Source: an uncultured Oscillospiraceae bacterium (GTDB lineage: Bacteria; Bacillota; Clostridia; Oscillospirales; JAAYXM01). Taken from it: a stretch of 64,000 nt of DNA. How positions within the stretch are numbered: position 1 is the first letter of the stretch; every line of letters starts with the position of its first letter. The DNA lies in NCBI GenBank assembly GCA_934646115.1, contig CAKUEM010000002.1, positions 2,274 to 66,273 on the forward strand, given 5' to 3'. The notes under the pieces were generated by a model that saw only the letters and a program-made list of their open reading frames with translations, had not been told where the DNA came from and ran no database searches. Shown here in pieces: positions 19,775 to 30,599 of this stretch. The translations under genes and the position numbers were made by a program.

Positions 19775-22519
19775 ATGAATATGATAGAAAAGCTGTTTGG
19801 CACGCGCAGTGCGCGCGAGGTAAAGAAGATCCAGCCGCTGGTGGACGAGATCCTCGCGCGGGAGGATGAATATAAGGCGCTCTCTGACGAGGCGCTGCGC
19901 GCGAAAACGGCGGAATTTAAATCGCGCTTGCAGGCGGGCGAAACGCTCGACGATATCCTGCCGGACGCGTTTGCCACCGTACGCGAGGCGGCGGACCGTG
20001 TGCTTGGTCTGCGCGCGTTTCCGGTTCAGCTCATCGGCGGGATCGTGCTGCATCAGGGGCGCATCGCCGAGATGAAAACCGGTGAAGGAAAAACGCTGGT
20101 CGCCACGTTCCCTTCTTATTTAAACGCGCTGGCGGGCAAGGGCGTTCACGTCGTTACCGTAAACGATTATCTCGCGAAATATCAGGGCGAGCTGATGGGG
20201 CGCGTGCATCGCTTCCTCGGGCTGACCGTGGGCGTGATCGTGCATGATCTCACCAATGAAGAGCGCCGCGAGGCCTACCGTTCTGACATTACTTACGGCA
20301 CAAATAACGAATTCGGCTTTGATTATCTGCGCGATAACATGGCGATCTATAAAGACGATATGGTCCAGCGCGACGAGCATTATTATGCGATCGTCGACGA
20401 GGTGGACTCGATTTTGATCGACGAGGCGCGCACGCCGCTCATTATTTCCGGTCAGGGCGAGAAGCCGACCGTGATCTACGAGCAGGTGGATCGCTTTGTT
20501 TCCACGCTGCGCTGCGTGAAGGTCGCGTCGCTTGACGAAAAGGTCGAGCATGACGACGTGGACGGCGATTATCTGGTCGATGAGAAGGCGCGTTCCGCCA
20601 CGCTGACGCCGCGCGGCATCGAAAAGGCCGAGCGTGCGTTTGGCATTGAAAACCTGTCTGATCCGGAGAATACCACGCTGCATCACCACATCAATCAGGC
20701 GATCCGCGCGCACGGTTTGATGCAGCGCGACGTGGATTACGTCGTGCGCGATGGGCAGATCATCATCGTGGATGAATTCACCGGTCGCCTCATGATCGGG
20801 CGGCGCTATTCCGAGGGGCTGCATCAGGCGATCGAGGCGAAGGAGCATGTGAACATCCAGCGCGAGAGCAAAACGCTTGCGACGATCACGTTCCAGAACT
20901 ATTTCCGCATGTACAGCAAGCTCGCCGGTATGACCGGTACCGCGCTGACCGAGGAAGAGGAATTTAAGCATATTTACAAGCTCGACGTGGTTGAGATCCC
21001 GACGAATAAGCCGATGATCCGGCGCGATCTTGCAGACGTTGTGTATAAAAACGAGCGCGGGAAATACCGCGCGGTCGTGGCGCAGATCGAGGAATGCCTG
21101 CAGCGCGGGCAGCCGGTTCTGGTCGGCACGGTCTCGATCGAGAAGAGTGAAGAGCTTTCCGACATGCTGCGCAAAAAAGGCGTGAAGCATGTTGTGTTAA
21201 ACGCGAAGCACCATGAAAAAGAGGCGGAGATCGTGGCGCAGGCGGGTCAGCTCGGCAGCGTGACGATCGCGACGAACATGGCGGGCCGCGGTACGGATAT
21301 CATGCTCGGCGGCAACGCGGAGTATATGGCAAAAAGCGACCTGCGCCGCGCCGGTATGGACGAAAACCTGATCGTAGACGCGGGCGGCAGCGCGCCGACC
21401 GACGATCCCGAAATTCTGGCTGCGCGCGCGCAATACCGCGAGCTGTATCAAAAGCATAAGCTTGTGACCGATGCGGAGGGCGAGAAGGTGCGCGCCGCGG
21501 GCGGTCTGTTCATCATCGGTACCGAGCGGCATGAATCACGCCGAATCGATAACCAGCTGCGCGGACGCGCGGGTCGTCAGGGCGACCCGGGCGCAAGCCG
21601 CTTCTTCCTCTCGTTGGAGGACGATATCATGCGCCTGTTCGGCTCTGAGCGGATCATGGGCATGATGGAAAACCTCGGGCTGGACGAGGATACCCCGATC
21701 GAGCAGAAAATGCTGACGAATGCGATCGAATCGGCGCAGAAGCGCGTGGAATCGAAGAACTTCGCGGTGCGTAAAAGCGTGCTCGAATATGACGATGTGA
21801 TGAATCAGCAGCGCGAGATCATTTATAAGCAGCGCAAGCAGGTGCTAGACGGCGAGGATGTGACCGCCGCGATCCATAAGATGATCCGCGATTCGATCAC
21901 CGCCGCCGTGCAGGAGATCGTTGCGCCGGAGAAGCTGGTGCAGCGCTATCACCTCGATCAGGTGCGCGATAAATATGTGGGCATTTTCCTGAAGCCGACG
22001 GATCTGAACTATTCGGTCGAGCAATTAAACGAATGGGATTATGACGTGGATCAGCTGTCTGAAGAGCTGATCGAGCTTGCGGAGAAGGTCTATGCCGCGC
22101 GCGAGGCGGAGCTTACGCCCGCCGTGATGCGCGAGGTCGAGCGCGTGGTCCTGCTGCGCACAGTGGATGAGCATTGGATGAACCATATCGACGCGATGCA
22201 TGAGCTGCGCCAGGGCGTGGGCTTAAACGCATATGCGCAGCGCAACCCGGTGGATGAATATAAAAACCAGGGCTTCGAGATGTTTGAAGAGATGGTTGCC
22301 TCGATTTGCGAGCAGACCGTGCGCATGATCTTCACGGTGCGCATTCAGGGCGATGCGCCGAAGCGCGAGCGCGTGGCGAAAATCACGGGCGAAAGCGCAG
22401 GCGGCGATGAAACGCTTAAGAAAACGCCGGTGAAAAAAGCGAAGAAGCCGGGGCGCAACGACCCCTGCCCCTGCGGCAGCGGGCTGAAATATAAAAAATG
22501 CTGCGGCCGCGATGAATAA
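19775..22519 (+). CDS. secA: Preprotein translocase ATPase SecA
   Basis: Walker [27 protein letters not shown], and a C-terminal zinc finger [20 protein letters not shown] lies 7 nt before the ATG at 19775. Confidence 0.97.
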   Translation: MNMIEKLFGTRSAREVKKIQPLVDEILAREDEYKALSDEALRAKTAEFKSRLQAGETLDDILPDAFATVREAADRVLGLRAFPVQLIGGIVLHQGRIAEMKTGEGKTLVATFPSYLNALAGKGVHVVTVNDYLAKYQGELMGRVHRFLGLTVGVIVHDLTNEERREAYRSDITYGTNNEFGFDYLRDNMAIYKDDMVQRDEHYYAIVDEVDSILIDEARTPLIISGQGEKPTVIYEQVDRFVSTLRCVKVASLDEKVEHDDVDGDYLVDEKARSATLTPRGIEKAERAFGIENLSDPENTTLHHHINQAIRAHGLMQRDVDYVVRDGQIIIVDEFTGRLMIGRRYSEGLHQAIEAKEHVNIQRESKTLATITFQNYFRMYSKLAGMTGTALTEEEEFKHIYKLDVVEIPTNKPMIRRDLADVVYKNERGKYRAVVAQIEECLQRGQPVLVGTVSIEKSEELSDMLRKKGVKHVVLNAKHHEKEAEIVAQAGQLGSVTIATNMAGRGTDIMLGGNAEYMAKSDLRRAGMDENLIVDAGGSAPTDDPEILAARAQYRELYQKHKLVTDAEGEKVRAAGGLFIIGTERHESRRIDNQLRGRAGRQGDPGASRFFLSLEDDIMRLFGSERIMGMMENLGLDEDTPIEQKMLTNAIESAQKRVESKNFAVRKSVLEYDDVMNQQREIIYKQRKQVLDGEDVTAAIHKMIRDSITAAVQEIVAPEKLVQRYHLDQVRDKYVGIFLKPTDLNYSVEQLNEWDYDVDQLSEELIELAEKVYAAREAELTPAVMREVERVVLLRTVDEHWMNHIDAMHELRQGVGLNAYAQRNPVDEYKNQGFEMFEEMVASICEQTVRMIFTVRIQGDAPKRERVAKITGESAGGDETLKKTPVKKAKKPGRNDPCPCGSGLKYKKCCGRDE

Positions 22520-22577
22520 ATCCGCAGCGGCGCGGGCTCACGGCAGCGCATCCGGGAATTTTGTCATACACACATTG

Positions 22578-22602
22578 CTGCCACAGGGAACCCCTGTGGC
22601 AG
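22578..22602 (+). terminator. Hairpin after secA (weak U tract)
   Basis: CTGCCACAGGG-AA-CCCCTGTGGCAG with no clean T-run afterwards. Confidence 0.35.
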
Positions 22603-22670
22603 TCAGCCTATTTACCGAGAACTTTAAGGAAGCATCGCCACATGGCGTTTCCCCAGAGAAAGGATATCGC

Positions 22671-24953
22671 ATGAAACATAACATTCGCCTGCGGGCGCTT
22701 CTGCTCGCGCTCATCATAACCGCATCGCTTGCCGCGCCGGGTCTTGCCGCGCTTGACGGCGTGCATTGGACCTGGGGCAGCATCAAAAGCTCCGCCGAGG
22801 TGACGGTCGCGCCCGGCGCGCTGTATCGCACGCTGGATATCTCCTCGCCCATCGGTCCGCAGAAGATCCATTCGATCGAGTTTGACCCGAAGAACCCGAT
22901 GCTTGCGCTGCGCGCCGGCATGAGCGGCGGCACGGTCAACGGCACGCAGACCGTGCCTGCCATGGCGGCGGATTTCAATAAAAAAGGGCAGGGGCAGGTG
23001 GTCGCCGGTATCAACGGCGATTATTTCAACTTCGGTCAGGGCGTTCCGTTCGGCATTTTTATGGACGAAGGCGAACTGTTAAGCTCCCCGCCGCAGTATT
23101 CCGCCGCGTTCGGCATTAAAAATGACGGCACGGCGTTTGTCGTCTCGCACGGCACGATCATGAACAAGATCCTGCATATCGGCGACCAAAAGACCCATCT
23201 CACCGGCATCAATAACCGCCATCAGGACGAAAACAGCATCATTCTTTATAACGACAAGTTCGCAAGCTCCACGAAAGCCAAGGCGGAGAGCGTGGAGGTC
23301 GTGTGCGACGTGGTGTCCGGCGCGCTGCGGCATGGCGAGAACATCGTGCTGCGCGTTGTTTCCAAAACCGGCGGCGTGGGCGACACAAAGATCCCGGCGG
23401 GCAAGATGGTGCTTTCCGCGGTCGGCAGCTATAAGCCCACGCTTTCCGCGCTCACGGTCGGGCAGGAGGTCACGGTGGAGCTTTCGTTTAACGATTTCTG
23501 GTCCGATGTGAAATTCGCGATCGCGGGCAACTATGTCCTGCTCAAGGACGGCGCGGTGCAAAACGTTTCCGGCTCAGAGCGCGCGCCGCGCACGGTGATC
23601 GGCGTGAAGCCGGACGGTAAGGTTGTTTTTTACACGATTGACGGGCGTTTAAGCGGCTATTCGGTCGGCGCGACGTATAAGCAGGCGGGCACGATCATGC
23701 GCGACCTGGGCTGCTCCTCCGCGCTGAATCTGGATGGCGGCGGCTCAACCACCTTTGTGCTGCGCAACCTGGGCGCGATGGACGCGAAAATGATCAACCG
23801 CTCGGCGGACGGCGGGGCGCGCGCCGTGGCAAACGGTGCGCTGCTGGTAAATACCGCGCCGGTCAGCGCGCCGTCGCGGCTTCTGCTCTCGCCCTCCGGG
23901 CAAAAGGTGCTGGTCGGCGGGCGCTATTCCTTCTCCGTGACCGGCGCGATGGACGCAAACCTGCTTTCCTATGCGGTCCCGTCCGGTCTGACCTGGTGGA
24001 TGGAGAGCGCGACCGGCACGCTTTCTGAAACAGGCGTTTATCAGCCGACCGCCGCGGGCGCGGCGATCATCCACGCGGGCAGCGGCAGCGCGACCGGCAC
24101 GGCGACCGTTGAGGCGGTGGACAGCATTATCGCGATCGGCGGCGCAACGTCGCTTACGATCAAGGCGAACGCCAAGCAGAAGATCTCTGTTTCGCTCGCG
24201 CGCGGCAGCGACGCGGTGCAGTTTACAAACGACCTGCTCACCTGGAGCGTGGACGGCGATATCGGCACATTTACCGCGCCGGGCGAGTTCACCGCAAACC
24301 GCGCCGCCGCGACCGGCACGATCACGGTCAGCTACGGCGGCGTTTCCAAGAAAATTGCAGTTACGATCGACGGACCGGAGCCGGAAGTGTTTGAAAAATT
24401 CAAGGATATGGGCACGCATCGCTGGGCGAAGGAGGCGGTGTATCGCCTGTTTGACGCGGGCGTGATCCGCGGCGTCAGCGACAGCGCGTTCGCGCCCGGC
24501 AAAACGGTGAAACGCGCGGATTTCATGCTGATGCTCGTGCGGATGATGGGCATCCCGGTCGATACGAACCCGGCGGATCAGTTCTCTGACGTGCCGCAGG
24601 GCGCATATTATTATAACGAGCTGGCCACCGCGAAGCGGCTTGGCATCGCGCGCGGGATCAGCGACACGCAATTTGCGCCGGAGCGCAATATTACGCGCGA
24701 GGAAATGTTCACGCTCACCTGGCGCGTGCTGAAGCAATACGGCTATCTCACGGCGGAATCGCCGCTTTCTGCGCTTGCGCAATTCTCCGATCAGGCGGAT
24801 ATTTCGCCCTTTGCGCAGCAGGCGATCGCCACGCTGTGCGGCAACGGGCTGGTTGAAGGCGATAACCGGAAGCGGGCGAACCCGAAGGGGAACGCGCTGC
24901 GCGCGGAGTCTGCGGTCTTTCTTGACCGCGTGCTCACGCTGATGAAACGATAG
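22671..24953 (+). CDS. Secreted phosphodiester glycosidase (DUF2233/NAGPA-like) with Ig-like domains and three C-terminal SLH wall-anchor repeats
   Basis: Signal peptide MKHNIRLRALLLALIITASLAAPGLAA. GINGDYFNF and ALNLDGGGSTT motifs. Three SLH repeats (FKDMGTHRWAKEAV..., FSDVPQGAYYYNE..., FSDQADISPFAQQA...). Confidence 0.8.
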   Translation: MKHNIRLRALLLALIITASLAAPGLAALDGVHWTWGSIKSSAEVTVAPGALYRTLDISSPIGPQKIHSIEFDPKNPMLALRAGMSGGTVNGTQTVPAMAADFNKKGQGQVVAGINGDYFNFGQGVPFGIFMDEGELLSSPPQYSAAFGIKNDGTAFVVSHGTIMNKILHIGDQKTHLTGINNRHQDENSIILYNDKFASSTKAKAESVEVVCDVVSGALRHGENIVLRVVSKTGGVGDTKIPAGKMVLSAVGSYKPTLSALTVGQEVTVELSFNDFWSDVKFAIAGNYVLLKDGAVQNVSGSERAPRTVIGVKPDGKVVFYTIDGRLSGYSVGATYKQAGTIMRDLGCSSALNLDGGGSTTFVLRNLGAMDAKMINRSADGGARAVANGALLVNTAPVSAPSRLLLSPSGQKVLVGGRYSFSVTGAMDANLLSYAVPSGLTWWMESATGTLSETGVYQPTAAGAAIIHAGSGSATGTATVEAVDSIIAIGGATSLTIKANAKQKISVSLARGSDAVQFTNDLLTWSVDGDIGTFTAPGEFTANRAAATGTITVSYGGVSKKIAVTIDGPEPEVFEKFKDMGTHRWAKEAVYRLFDAGVIRGVSDSAFAPGKTVKRADFMLMLVRMMGIPVDTNPADQFSDVPQGAYYYNELATAKRLGIARGISDTQFAPERNITREEMFTLTWRVLKQYGYLTAESPLSALAQFSDQADISPFAQQAIATLCGNGLVEGDNRKRANPKGNALRAESAVFLDRVLTLMKR

Positions 24954-24967
24954 GGGGCTTTTGGGGG

Positions 24968-26062
24968 ATGGATCACCGGCTGCATGCGCTGCGGCAGGAG
25001 CTTGCCGCGAAGGGACTGGACGCGATGCTCTGCGGCGCATATGAATCATACCGCTATTTTTCCGGCTTTTCCGGAAGCAATTGTCATTTGGTGATCACGC
25101 AGCAGGACGCGGTTTTGATCACAGACGGGCGCTACACCGAGCAGGCGCGGCAGGAAGCGCCGGGGTTTCGGCTGGTCTCGCGCCCGCGCCCGATGCGCGA
25201 GCTGATCTGCGAGACGCTGAGCGAGCTTGCGGTCGTGCGCGTCGGCTATGAAACGATGCGGATCACAGACTATGAAATTGGCGAGCTGCGCGCCTGCACG
25301 CCGCAGATCGAGTGGGTTCCGCAGCGCGATTTCGGGCTGTATGCCCGCGCGCGCAAGGATGCGCAGGAGCTTGCCTGTATCCGGCGCGCGGTGCGCATTG
25401 CCGACCAGGCGCTTGCGGATCTGATTCCCATGCTGCGTCCCGGCATGACCGAGCGCGAGATCGCGGCGCAGCTTGAGTTTTTCATGGCACGGCGCGGCAG
25501 CGAGCGCGTGGCGTTTGAAACGATCGTCGCCTCCGGCGTGCGCGGCGCTCTGCCGCACGGCGCGCCGACGGATAAGCCCGTGCAAGAGGGCGAAATGATC
25601 ACGATCGATTTCGGCGCATGCTCGGGCGGCTATCTGTCTGACATCACGCGCACGCTCTGGCTGGGCGAGATTCCGAAGCGGCAGCACGAGCTATGGAACG
25701 CGGTCATGGAGGTGCAGCGCGAATGCGTGTCCGCCGTGCGCCCCGGCATCGCCGCGCGGGATCTGGACACCTTGCAGCGCAAGCTGTTTGCCGCGCGCGG
25801 GATGGATGCGTATATCCAGCACAGTCTGGGGCATGGCGTGGGGCTTGCGATCCACGAGGCACCGAGCGTCTCCGCCACTTCTGAGCTTGCGCTTGCGCCC
25901 GGCATGGTCATCACGATCGAGCCGGGGCTTTACGTGCCGCAGCTCGGCGGCGTGCGCATTGAGGACACCGTGCTTGTCACGGATACCGGGCACGAGGTGT
26001 TGACCGCCAGCCCGCACGAAATAAAAATCCATTGCAATCCCGCGCAAAATAGTGTATCATAG
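24968..26062 (+). CDS. M24-family Xaa-Pro aminopeptidase
   Basis: Creatinase-like N-domain plus metal ligands in ITIDFGA, HSLGHGVGLAIHE and IEDTV. Confidence 0.88.
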   Translation: MDHRLHALRQELAAKGLDAMLCGAYESYRYFSGFSGSNCHLVITQQDAVLITDGRYTEQARQEAPGFRLVSRPRPMRELICETLSELAVVRVGYETMRITDYEIGELRACTPQIEWVPQRDFGLYARARKDAQELACIRRAVRIADQALADLIPMLRPGMTEREIAAQLEFFMARRGSERVAFETIVASGVRGALPHGAPTDKPVQEGEMITIDFGACSGGYLSDITRTLWLGEIPKRQHELWNAVMEVQRECVSAVRPGIAARDLDTLQRKLFAARGMDAYIQHSLGHGVGLAIHEAPSVSATSELALAPGMVITIEPGLYVPQLGGVRIEDTVLVTDTGHEVLTASPHEIKIHCNPAQNSVS

Positions 26063-26092
26063 CAATATCGTATGAAATAAGGAGGGGTGAAC

Positions 26093-27130
26093 ATGAGAGA
26101 GCGCATACTCGTCGGGATGAGCGGCGGTGTGGACAGCTCGGTCACCGCCTGCCTTTTGGCGAAGGAGCACGACGTGATCGGCGTGACGCTTCAGCTGCAT
26201 GACGCATGCGGCGGGGCGGCGGACGATGCGCGCCGCGTTTGCCAAACGCTCGGCATTCCTCACTACGTTTCGGATCAATCGAGCGTTTTTCAACAATATG
26301 TTATCGATAATTTTATTTCAGAGTACCGCGCGGCGCGCACGCCGAACCCTTGCGTGTGGTGCAATTATCACATCAAGTTCGGCGCGATGCTCGCGCTGGC
26401 GGATGAGCTGGGCTGCACGGCGGTTGCGACCGGGCATTACGTCACGCGCGGCTTCGACGAGGCGACCGGGGAATATTACCTCGCGCCCGCCGCTTGCGCG
26501 GAGAAGGATCAGACCTATGCGCTCTATCGGCTGACGCAGGCGCAGCTTCGGCGCGCGCGGTTTCCGCTCGCGGCGCTTGCAAAGCCCGCGGTGCGCGCGA
26601 TCGCGCAGGAGCTTGGGCTTTCGGTCGCGGAGAAAAAGGACAGTCAGGAGATCTGCTTTATCCCCGACCATGATTATGCCGCGTATATCGAGCGCGCGAC
26701 CGGGGAGGTCAGCGCGCCGGGCGATTTCATCGGACCGGACGGCACGGTGCTCGGGCGGCATCGCGGGCTGATCCATTACACGGTCGGTCAGCGCCGCGGG
26801 CTGAATATCCCGTATGGCGAGCGGCTTTATGTGGCGCGGCTTGACGCGGCGCAAAACGCCGTGATTTTAGGGACGGAGGGCGCGCAAAATACGCGCGAGG
26901 TGTTTGCCTCTGACCTTACATTTTTAAGCGATCACGCGCCGCCGAGCCGGTTTGACTGCGAAGCGAAAATTCGCTATAACGGCCGCGCGGCGGCGGCAAC
27001 GGTGGAGCTTTCGGGCGACACGATGCGCGTGCTGTTCCGCGAGGAGCAGCGGGCGGCGGCGCCCGGGCAATCCGTGGTGCTTTATCAAAACGGGCGGCTG
27101 CTGGGCGGCGGCATTATGAAAGCGAGGTGA
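26093..27130 (+). CDS. mnmA: tRNA 2-thiouridine(34) synthase
   Basis: PP-loop GMSGGVDSS. GGAGG lies 7 nt before the ATG at 26093; the GTG at 26087 in the ORF track is too close to the SD. Confidence 0.92.
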   Translation: MRERILVGMSGGVDSSVTACLLAKEHDVIGVTLQLHDACGGAADDARRVCQTLGIPHYVSDQSSVFQQYVIDNFISEYRAARTPNPCVWCNYHIKFGAMLALADELGCTAVATGHYVTRGFDEATGEYYLAPAACAEKDQTYALYRLTQAQLRRARFPLAALAKPAVRAIAQELGLSVAEKKDSQEICFIPDHDYAAYIERATGEVSAPGDFIGPDGTVLGRHRGLIHYTVGQRRGLNIPYGERLYVARLDAAQNAVILGTEGAQNTREVFASDLTFLSDHAPPSRFDCEAKIRYNGRAAAATVELSGDTMRVLFREEQRAAAPGQSVVLYQNGRLLGGGIMKAR

Positions 27131-27136
27131 GGGCGG

Positions 27137-27796
27137 TTGTTTCGAACATTGCGGGAGGATCTGCGCGCGATCAAGGCGCGCGACCCGGCTGCGCGCAGCA
27201 CATTTGAGATTTTTCTGCTCTATTCCGGCGTGCATGCGCTGATTTGGCATCGATTTTCGCATTTTTTATACCGCCATCATCTTCTGTTTCTCGCGCGGTT
27301 TTTCTCGCAGCTTAACCGATTCTTCACCGGGGTGGAGATCCATCCCGCGGCAAAAATCGGGCGGGGACTGTTTATCGACCATGGCTCCGGCGTGGTCATC
27401 GGCGAGACGACGGAGATCGGCGACTATTGCACGATCTATCAGGGCGTCACGCTCGGCGGCACGGGCAAGGACACCGGGAAGCGCCACCCCACGCTTGGCA
27501 ACAATGTGATGGTCGGCGCGGGTGCGCGCGTGCTCGGTCCGTTCCGCGTGGGCGATAACGTGAAAATCGCGGCAAACGCCGTGGTGCTTGAGGAGATCCC
27601 GCCGGATTGCACCGCGGTCGGCGTGCCCGCGCGCGTGGTGCGGCGCGGCGGCAAGCGCGAGGACGCGATTGACCTGGATCAGGTGCATATTCCAGACCCG
27701 ATCGCGCAGGAGCTGTGCGCGCTGCGCGTGCAGCTTGACCGGATGGAAAAGAAGCTCCGCGCACTGGAGGAGCAGGACGATGCTCCGCTCAAATAG
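27137..27796 (+). CDS. cysE: Serine O-acetyltransferase
   Basis: N-terminal SATase helix region (DPAARSTFEIFLLYSGVHAL) plus left-handed beta-helix hexapeptide repeats. TTG start. Confidence 0.9.
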   Translation: MFRTLREDLRAIKARDPAARSTFEIFLLYSGVHALIWHRFSHFLYRHHLLFLARFFSQLNRFFTGVEIHPAAKIGRGLFIDHGSGVVIGETTEIGDYCTIYQGVTLGGTGKDTGKRHPTLGNNVMVGAGARVLGPFRVGDNVKIAANAVVLEEIPPDCTAVGVPARVVRRGGKREDAIDLDQVHIPDPIAQELCALRVQLDRMEKKLRALEEQDDAPLK

Positions 27797-27824
27797 CATC
27801 GGCGGGCAAACTCCATTAAAACAA

Positions 27825-27858
27825 CAGACACGCACAGATTTGTGCGTGTCTGTTTCTG
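27825..27858. terminator. Bidirectional terminator between the convergent cysE and recG
   Basis: CAGACACGCACA-GATT-TGTGCGTGTCTG, a perfect 12-bp stem flanked by A-rich and T-rich tracts. Confidence 0.8.
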
Positions 27859-27859
27859 C

Positions 27860-29941
27860 TTAATTAAAAATATCGCCATAAATATCGCGGCGAAACAGCA
27901 GCTCGGTGCGCTCCGCCAGCTCGGCATGCTCCGGGCGATCGAGCGACGGGTCGCCATTTAGTATTTCAGCCGCTGCGGTCTGCGCCTCGCGCAGAATGGA
28001 TAAGTCCCGCGCGAGATCCGCGACGCGCAGCTCGGGCACGCCATGCTGCTTCGTGCCGAAAAAATCGCCCGGTCCGCGCAAGCGCAGATCCTCCTCAGAA
28101 ATGCGGAATCCGTCGTTGGTTTGGCACAGCACGGACAGCCGCTCGCGCGCCACCTCGCCGCGCGCATCGGAAAACAGCAGGCAATACGACTGATGCTTCC
28201 CGCGCCCCACGCGTCCGCGCAGCTGATGCAGCTGCGAAAGACCAAAGCGCTCTGCGTTTTCCACCGCCATGACCGTTGCGTTCGGAACATTGACCCCGAC
28301 CTCGATCACCGTGGTCGCCACCAGGATCTGGATCTCATTTTCCGCAAATGCATGCATGACCGCCTCTTTCTCGCGCGGCTTCATTTTTCCATGCAGCACA
28401 GCCACGCGCACGCTCGGAAACACCTCGCGCGCAAGGCGGGCGGCATATTCCTCGGCGGATTTGATATCCAGCGCCTCATTTTCCTGTACAAGCGGGCAGA
28501 CGATATAGATCTGCCGCCCCTTTTGCAGCTCGCCCGCCATGAAGCTATAGGCCGCTTTGCGCTTGCGCTCACTCACTGTGACCGTACGGATCGTCTGCCG
28601 CCCAGGCGGCAGCTCATCGATGATCGACACGTCGAGATCGCCGTATAAAATCAAAGCGAGCGTCCGCGGGATCGGCGTTGCCGACATGACGAGCAGGTGC
28701 GGATGGGCGCCCTTCGCGGTCAGGCGCGCGCGTTGCGACACGCCGAAGCGATGCTGCTCATCGGTGATGACCAGCCCGAGCTTATGAAACGCAACGTCCT
28801 CGCTGAGCAGGGCATGCGTGCCGATCACAATATCGATCTCGCCCGCCGCAAGCGCCGCCTTGATCGCGCGTTTTTTCGCCGCAGGCGTACTGCCGAGTAG
28901 CAGTGCAAGCCGCAGACCAAGCCGCTCGAGCAGGGGGGCGAGCGTTTCCATGTGCTGCGCCGCTAAAATTTCCGTCGGCGCCATCAGCGCGGTTTGATAT
29001 CCGTTTTGCGCGGTAAAATACGCGCACGCGGCCGCAACCATTGTTTTCCCCGAGCCAACGTCGCCCTGTACGAGCCGATTCATCGGGCGCGCGGCGCACA
29101 TGTCGCGCAGTGCATCCTCGATGGCGCGCGTCTGCGCCCCGGTCAGCCGGAAGGGGAGCGCCTCATAAAACGGCGCAAGCGATACCGGCTCCATCGCGAT
29201 GCCGGAAAGCGGCGCGCGGCGGCGGCGCAGGCGCTCCAGCCCGATCGAGAAGATCAAAAGCTCTTCAAAAATCAGGCGGCGGCGCGCCACGGCGAGCGCA
29301 TTTGCATTTGCCGGGTAATGAATATTTCGATAGGCAAACCGCTGGTGCGCAAGCTCTGCGCGCACGCGATACTGCTCCGGGATCGGGTCGACAAGCAGCG
29401 GAAGCGCGCGGGCGAGCGCATCGCGGACATACATCGCGAGCATATTTTGCGAGATCCCCGCCGTCAGCCCATACACCGGCACAATGCGCCCGGTTTTGCG
29501 GCGCTCGCCCTCATGCTCAAACTCCGGATTTTGCAGCGCGATCCCCCATGCGTTTTTGACCGGTTTGCCGTAAAACACATAGGTTTCGCCGGGTAAAAGC
29601 GCGGTTTTTATGTAGTTTTGGTTAAAAAAAGTGAGCGTGATCGTGCCGCTCTCGTCGCCGGCGCGCACCTGCGTAATGTCCATGCCGCGCCGAATATGCC
29701 GCAGCTCGGGCGGCGTAAGAACGGTCGCGCAGACACAAGCCGCCTCGTCCGGAGTGAGCGCAGAGATTTTTTTGATCTGCGTGCGGTCCTCATAATCGCG
29801 CGGAAAGTATGAAATGAGGTCAAATAACGTGCGAATTTCCAGCTTTTCCATGCTTTTTGCGCGCTTTTCGCCCATTCCGCGCAGCACGCGCACGCTTTGC
29901 AGCAGCTCTTTTTCCACAGGCTCAGCCCCTTTCGCACGCAA
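27860..29941 (-). CDS. recG: ATP-dependent DNA helicase RecG
   Basis: Wedge domain, Walker A GDVGSGKT, and DEQHRFG. The start codon is uncertain (TTG at 29941). Confidence 0.93.
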   Translation of the reverse strand: MRAKGAEPVEKELLQSVRVLRGMGEKRAKSMEKLEIRTLFDLISYFPRDYEDRTQIKKISALTPDEAACVCATVLTPPELRHIRRGMDITQVRAGDESGTITLTFFNQNYIKTALLPGETYVFYGKPVKNAWGIALQNPEFEHEGERRKTGRIVPVYGLTAGISQNMLAMYVRDALARALPLLVDPIPEQYRVRAELAHQRFAYRNIHYPANANALAVARRRLIFEELLIFSIGLERLRRRRAPLSGIAMEPVSLAPFYEALPFRLTGAQTRAIEDALRDMCAARPMNRLVQGDVGSGKTMVAAACAYFTAQNGYQTALMAPTEILAAQHMETLAPLLERLGLRLALLLGSTPAAKKRAIKAALAAGEIDIVIGTHALLSEDVAFHKLGLVITDEQHRFGVSQRARLTAKGAHPHLLVMSATPIPRTLALILYGDLDVSIIDELPPGRQTIRTVTVSERKRKAAYSFMAGELQKGRQIYIVCPLVQENEALDIKSAEEYAARLAREVFPSVRVAVLHGKMKPREKEAVMHAFAENEIQILVATTVIEVGVNVPNATVMAVENAERFGLSQLHQLRGRVGRGKHQSYCLLFSDARGEVARERLSVLCQTNDGFRISEEDLRLRGPGDFFGTKQHGVPELRVADLARDLSILREAQTAAAEILNGDPSLDRPEHAELAERTELLFRRDIYGDIFN

Positions 29942-29950
29942 TTTTTTTAA

Positions 29951-30476
29951 ATGAAGGGATTTTTTGGCGATATACCGCCCATCTTCTCACGGTCAGCCGC
30001 ATCGCGGCGGCGCTATGCTTGCCCGCCGCGGTCGGAAACGCGGCGTTTTATATTCTCTACACCTATTGCGGCGCAATCGATATCGCAAACGGCGCACTCG
30101 CGCGGCACTGCGGCACGGCAAGTCGGTTCGGCGCGGCGCTTGACAGCGCGGCAGATTTTATTTTTCTTCTCGCGGCGCTCTGCGCATTTGCAGATGCGCT
30201 GGCGCAGCTCCCGTTCTGGGGCTTTGCGGCTGCGGGCGGGATCGCCGCCTGCAAGCCTTGCGCCTATGGGATCGGCTTTTTCGCTTTCATCGATTTTGCG
30301 CGCTGCACACGCGAATGAACAAACTGTGCGGCGCGGCGCTGTTTTGCGCGGGCTACTGGCTGCCGCACATGCCACGCCCGGCCGGCGCGCTCGCGGCGAT
30401 CGCCGCAGGGGAGGAAGTCCTGATCCTCTTGCGCTGCAAGCAGTTTGACGCAAATATTCGCGGGCTGTATATTTGA
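29951..30476 (+). pseudogene. CDP-alcohol phosphatidyltransferase-family membrane protein split over three reading frames by two apparent single-T deficits
   Basis: Frame 1 gives MKGFF from the ATG at 29951. Frame 2 gives WRYTAHLLTVSRIAAAL...IDIANGALARHCGTASRFGAALDSAADF, the family motif. Frame 3 gives FHRFCALHTRMNKLCGAALF...EEVLILL, the family C-terminus. The frame switches coincide with a T6 run (29960-29965) and a T5 run near 30275. Confidence 0.55.
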
Positions 30477-30554
30477 CCCGGCGCCTATCAAGCCTATTAT
30501 ACCAGCTTTGCGGCGCTTTTTCCACGTCTATTCCAAATTTTTCTAAATACAAAA

Positions 30555-30596
30555 CAGCCCCGCGCGAATCCGGCGCAGGGCTGTGCTGTTTTTTTG
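30555..30596. terminator. Bidirectional terminator between the frameshifted transferase gene and yloV
   Basis: CAGCCC-N17-GGGCTG, with TGCTGTTTTTTT on the plus strand and UUUUGUAUUU on the minus strand. Confidence 0.65.
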
Positions 30597-30599
30597 TTG

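Noticed and set aside
29857-30318. The ORF-track start (M at 29857) for the CDP-alcohol transferase-like frame.
   Set aside because: It would overlap the recG 5-prime end antisense by 85 nt, and the extension (MRAFRPFRAARARF...) is not family-like. The frameshift model starting at the ATG at 29951 explains all three frames better.
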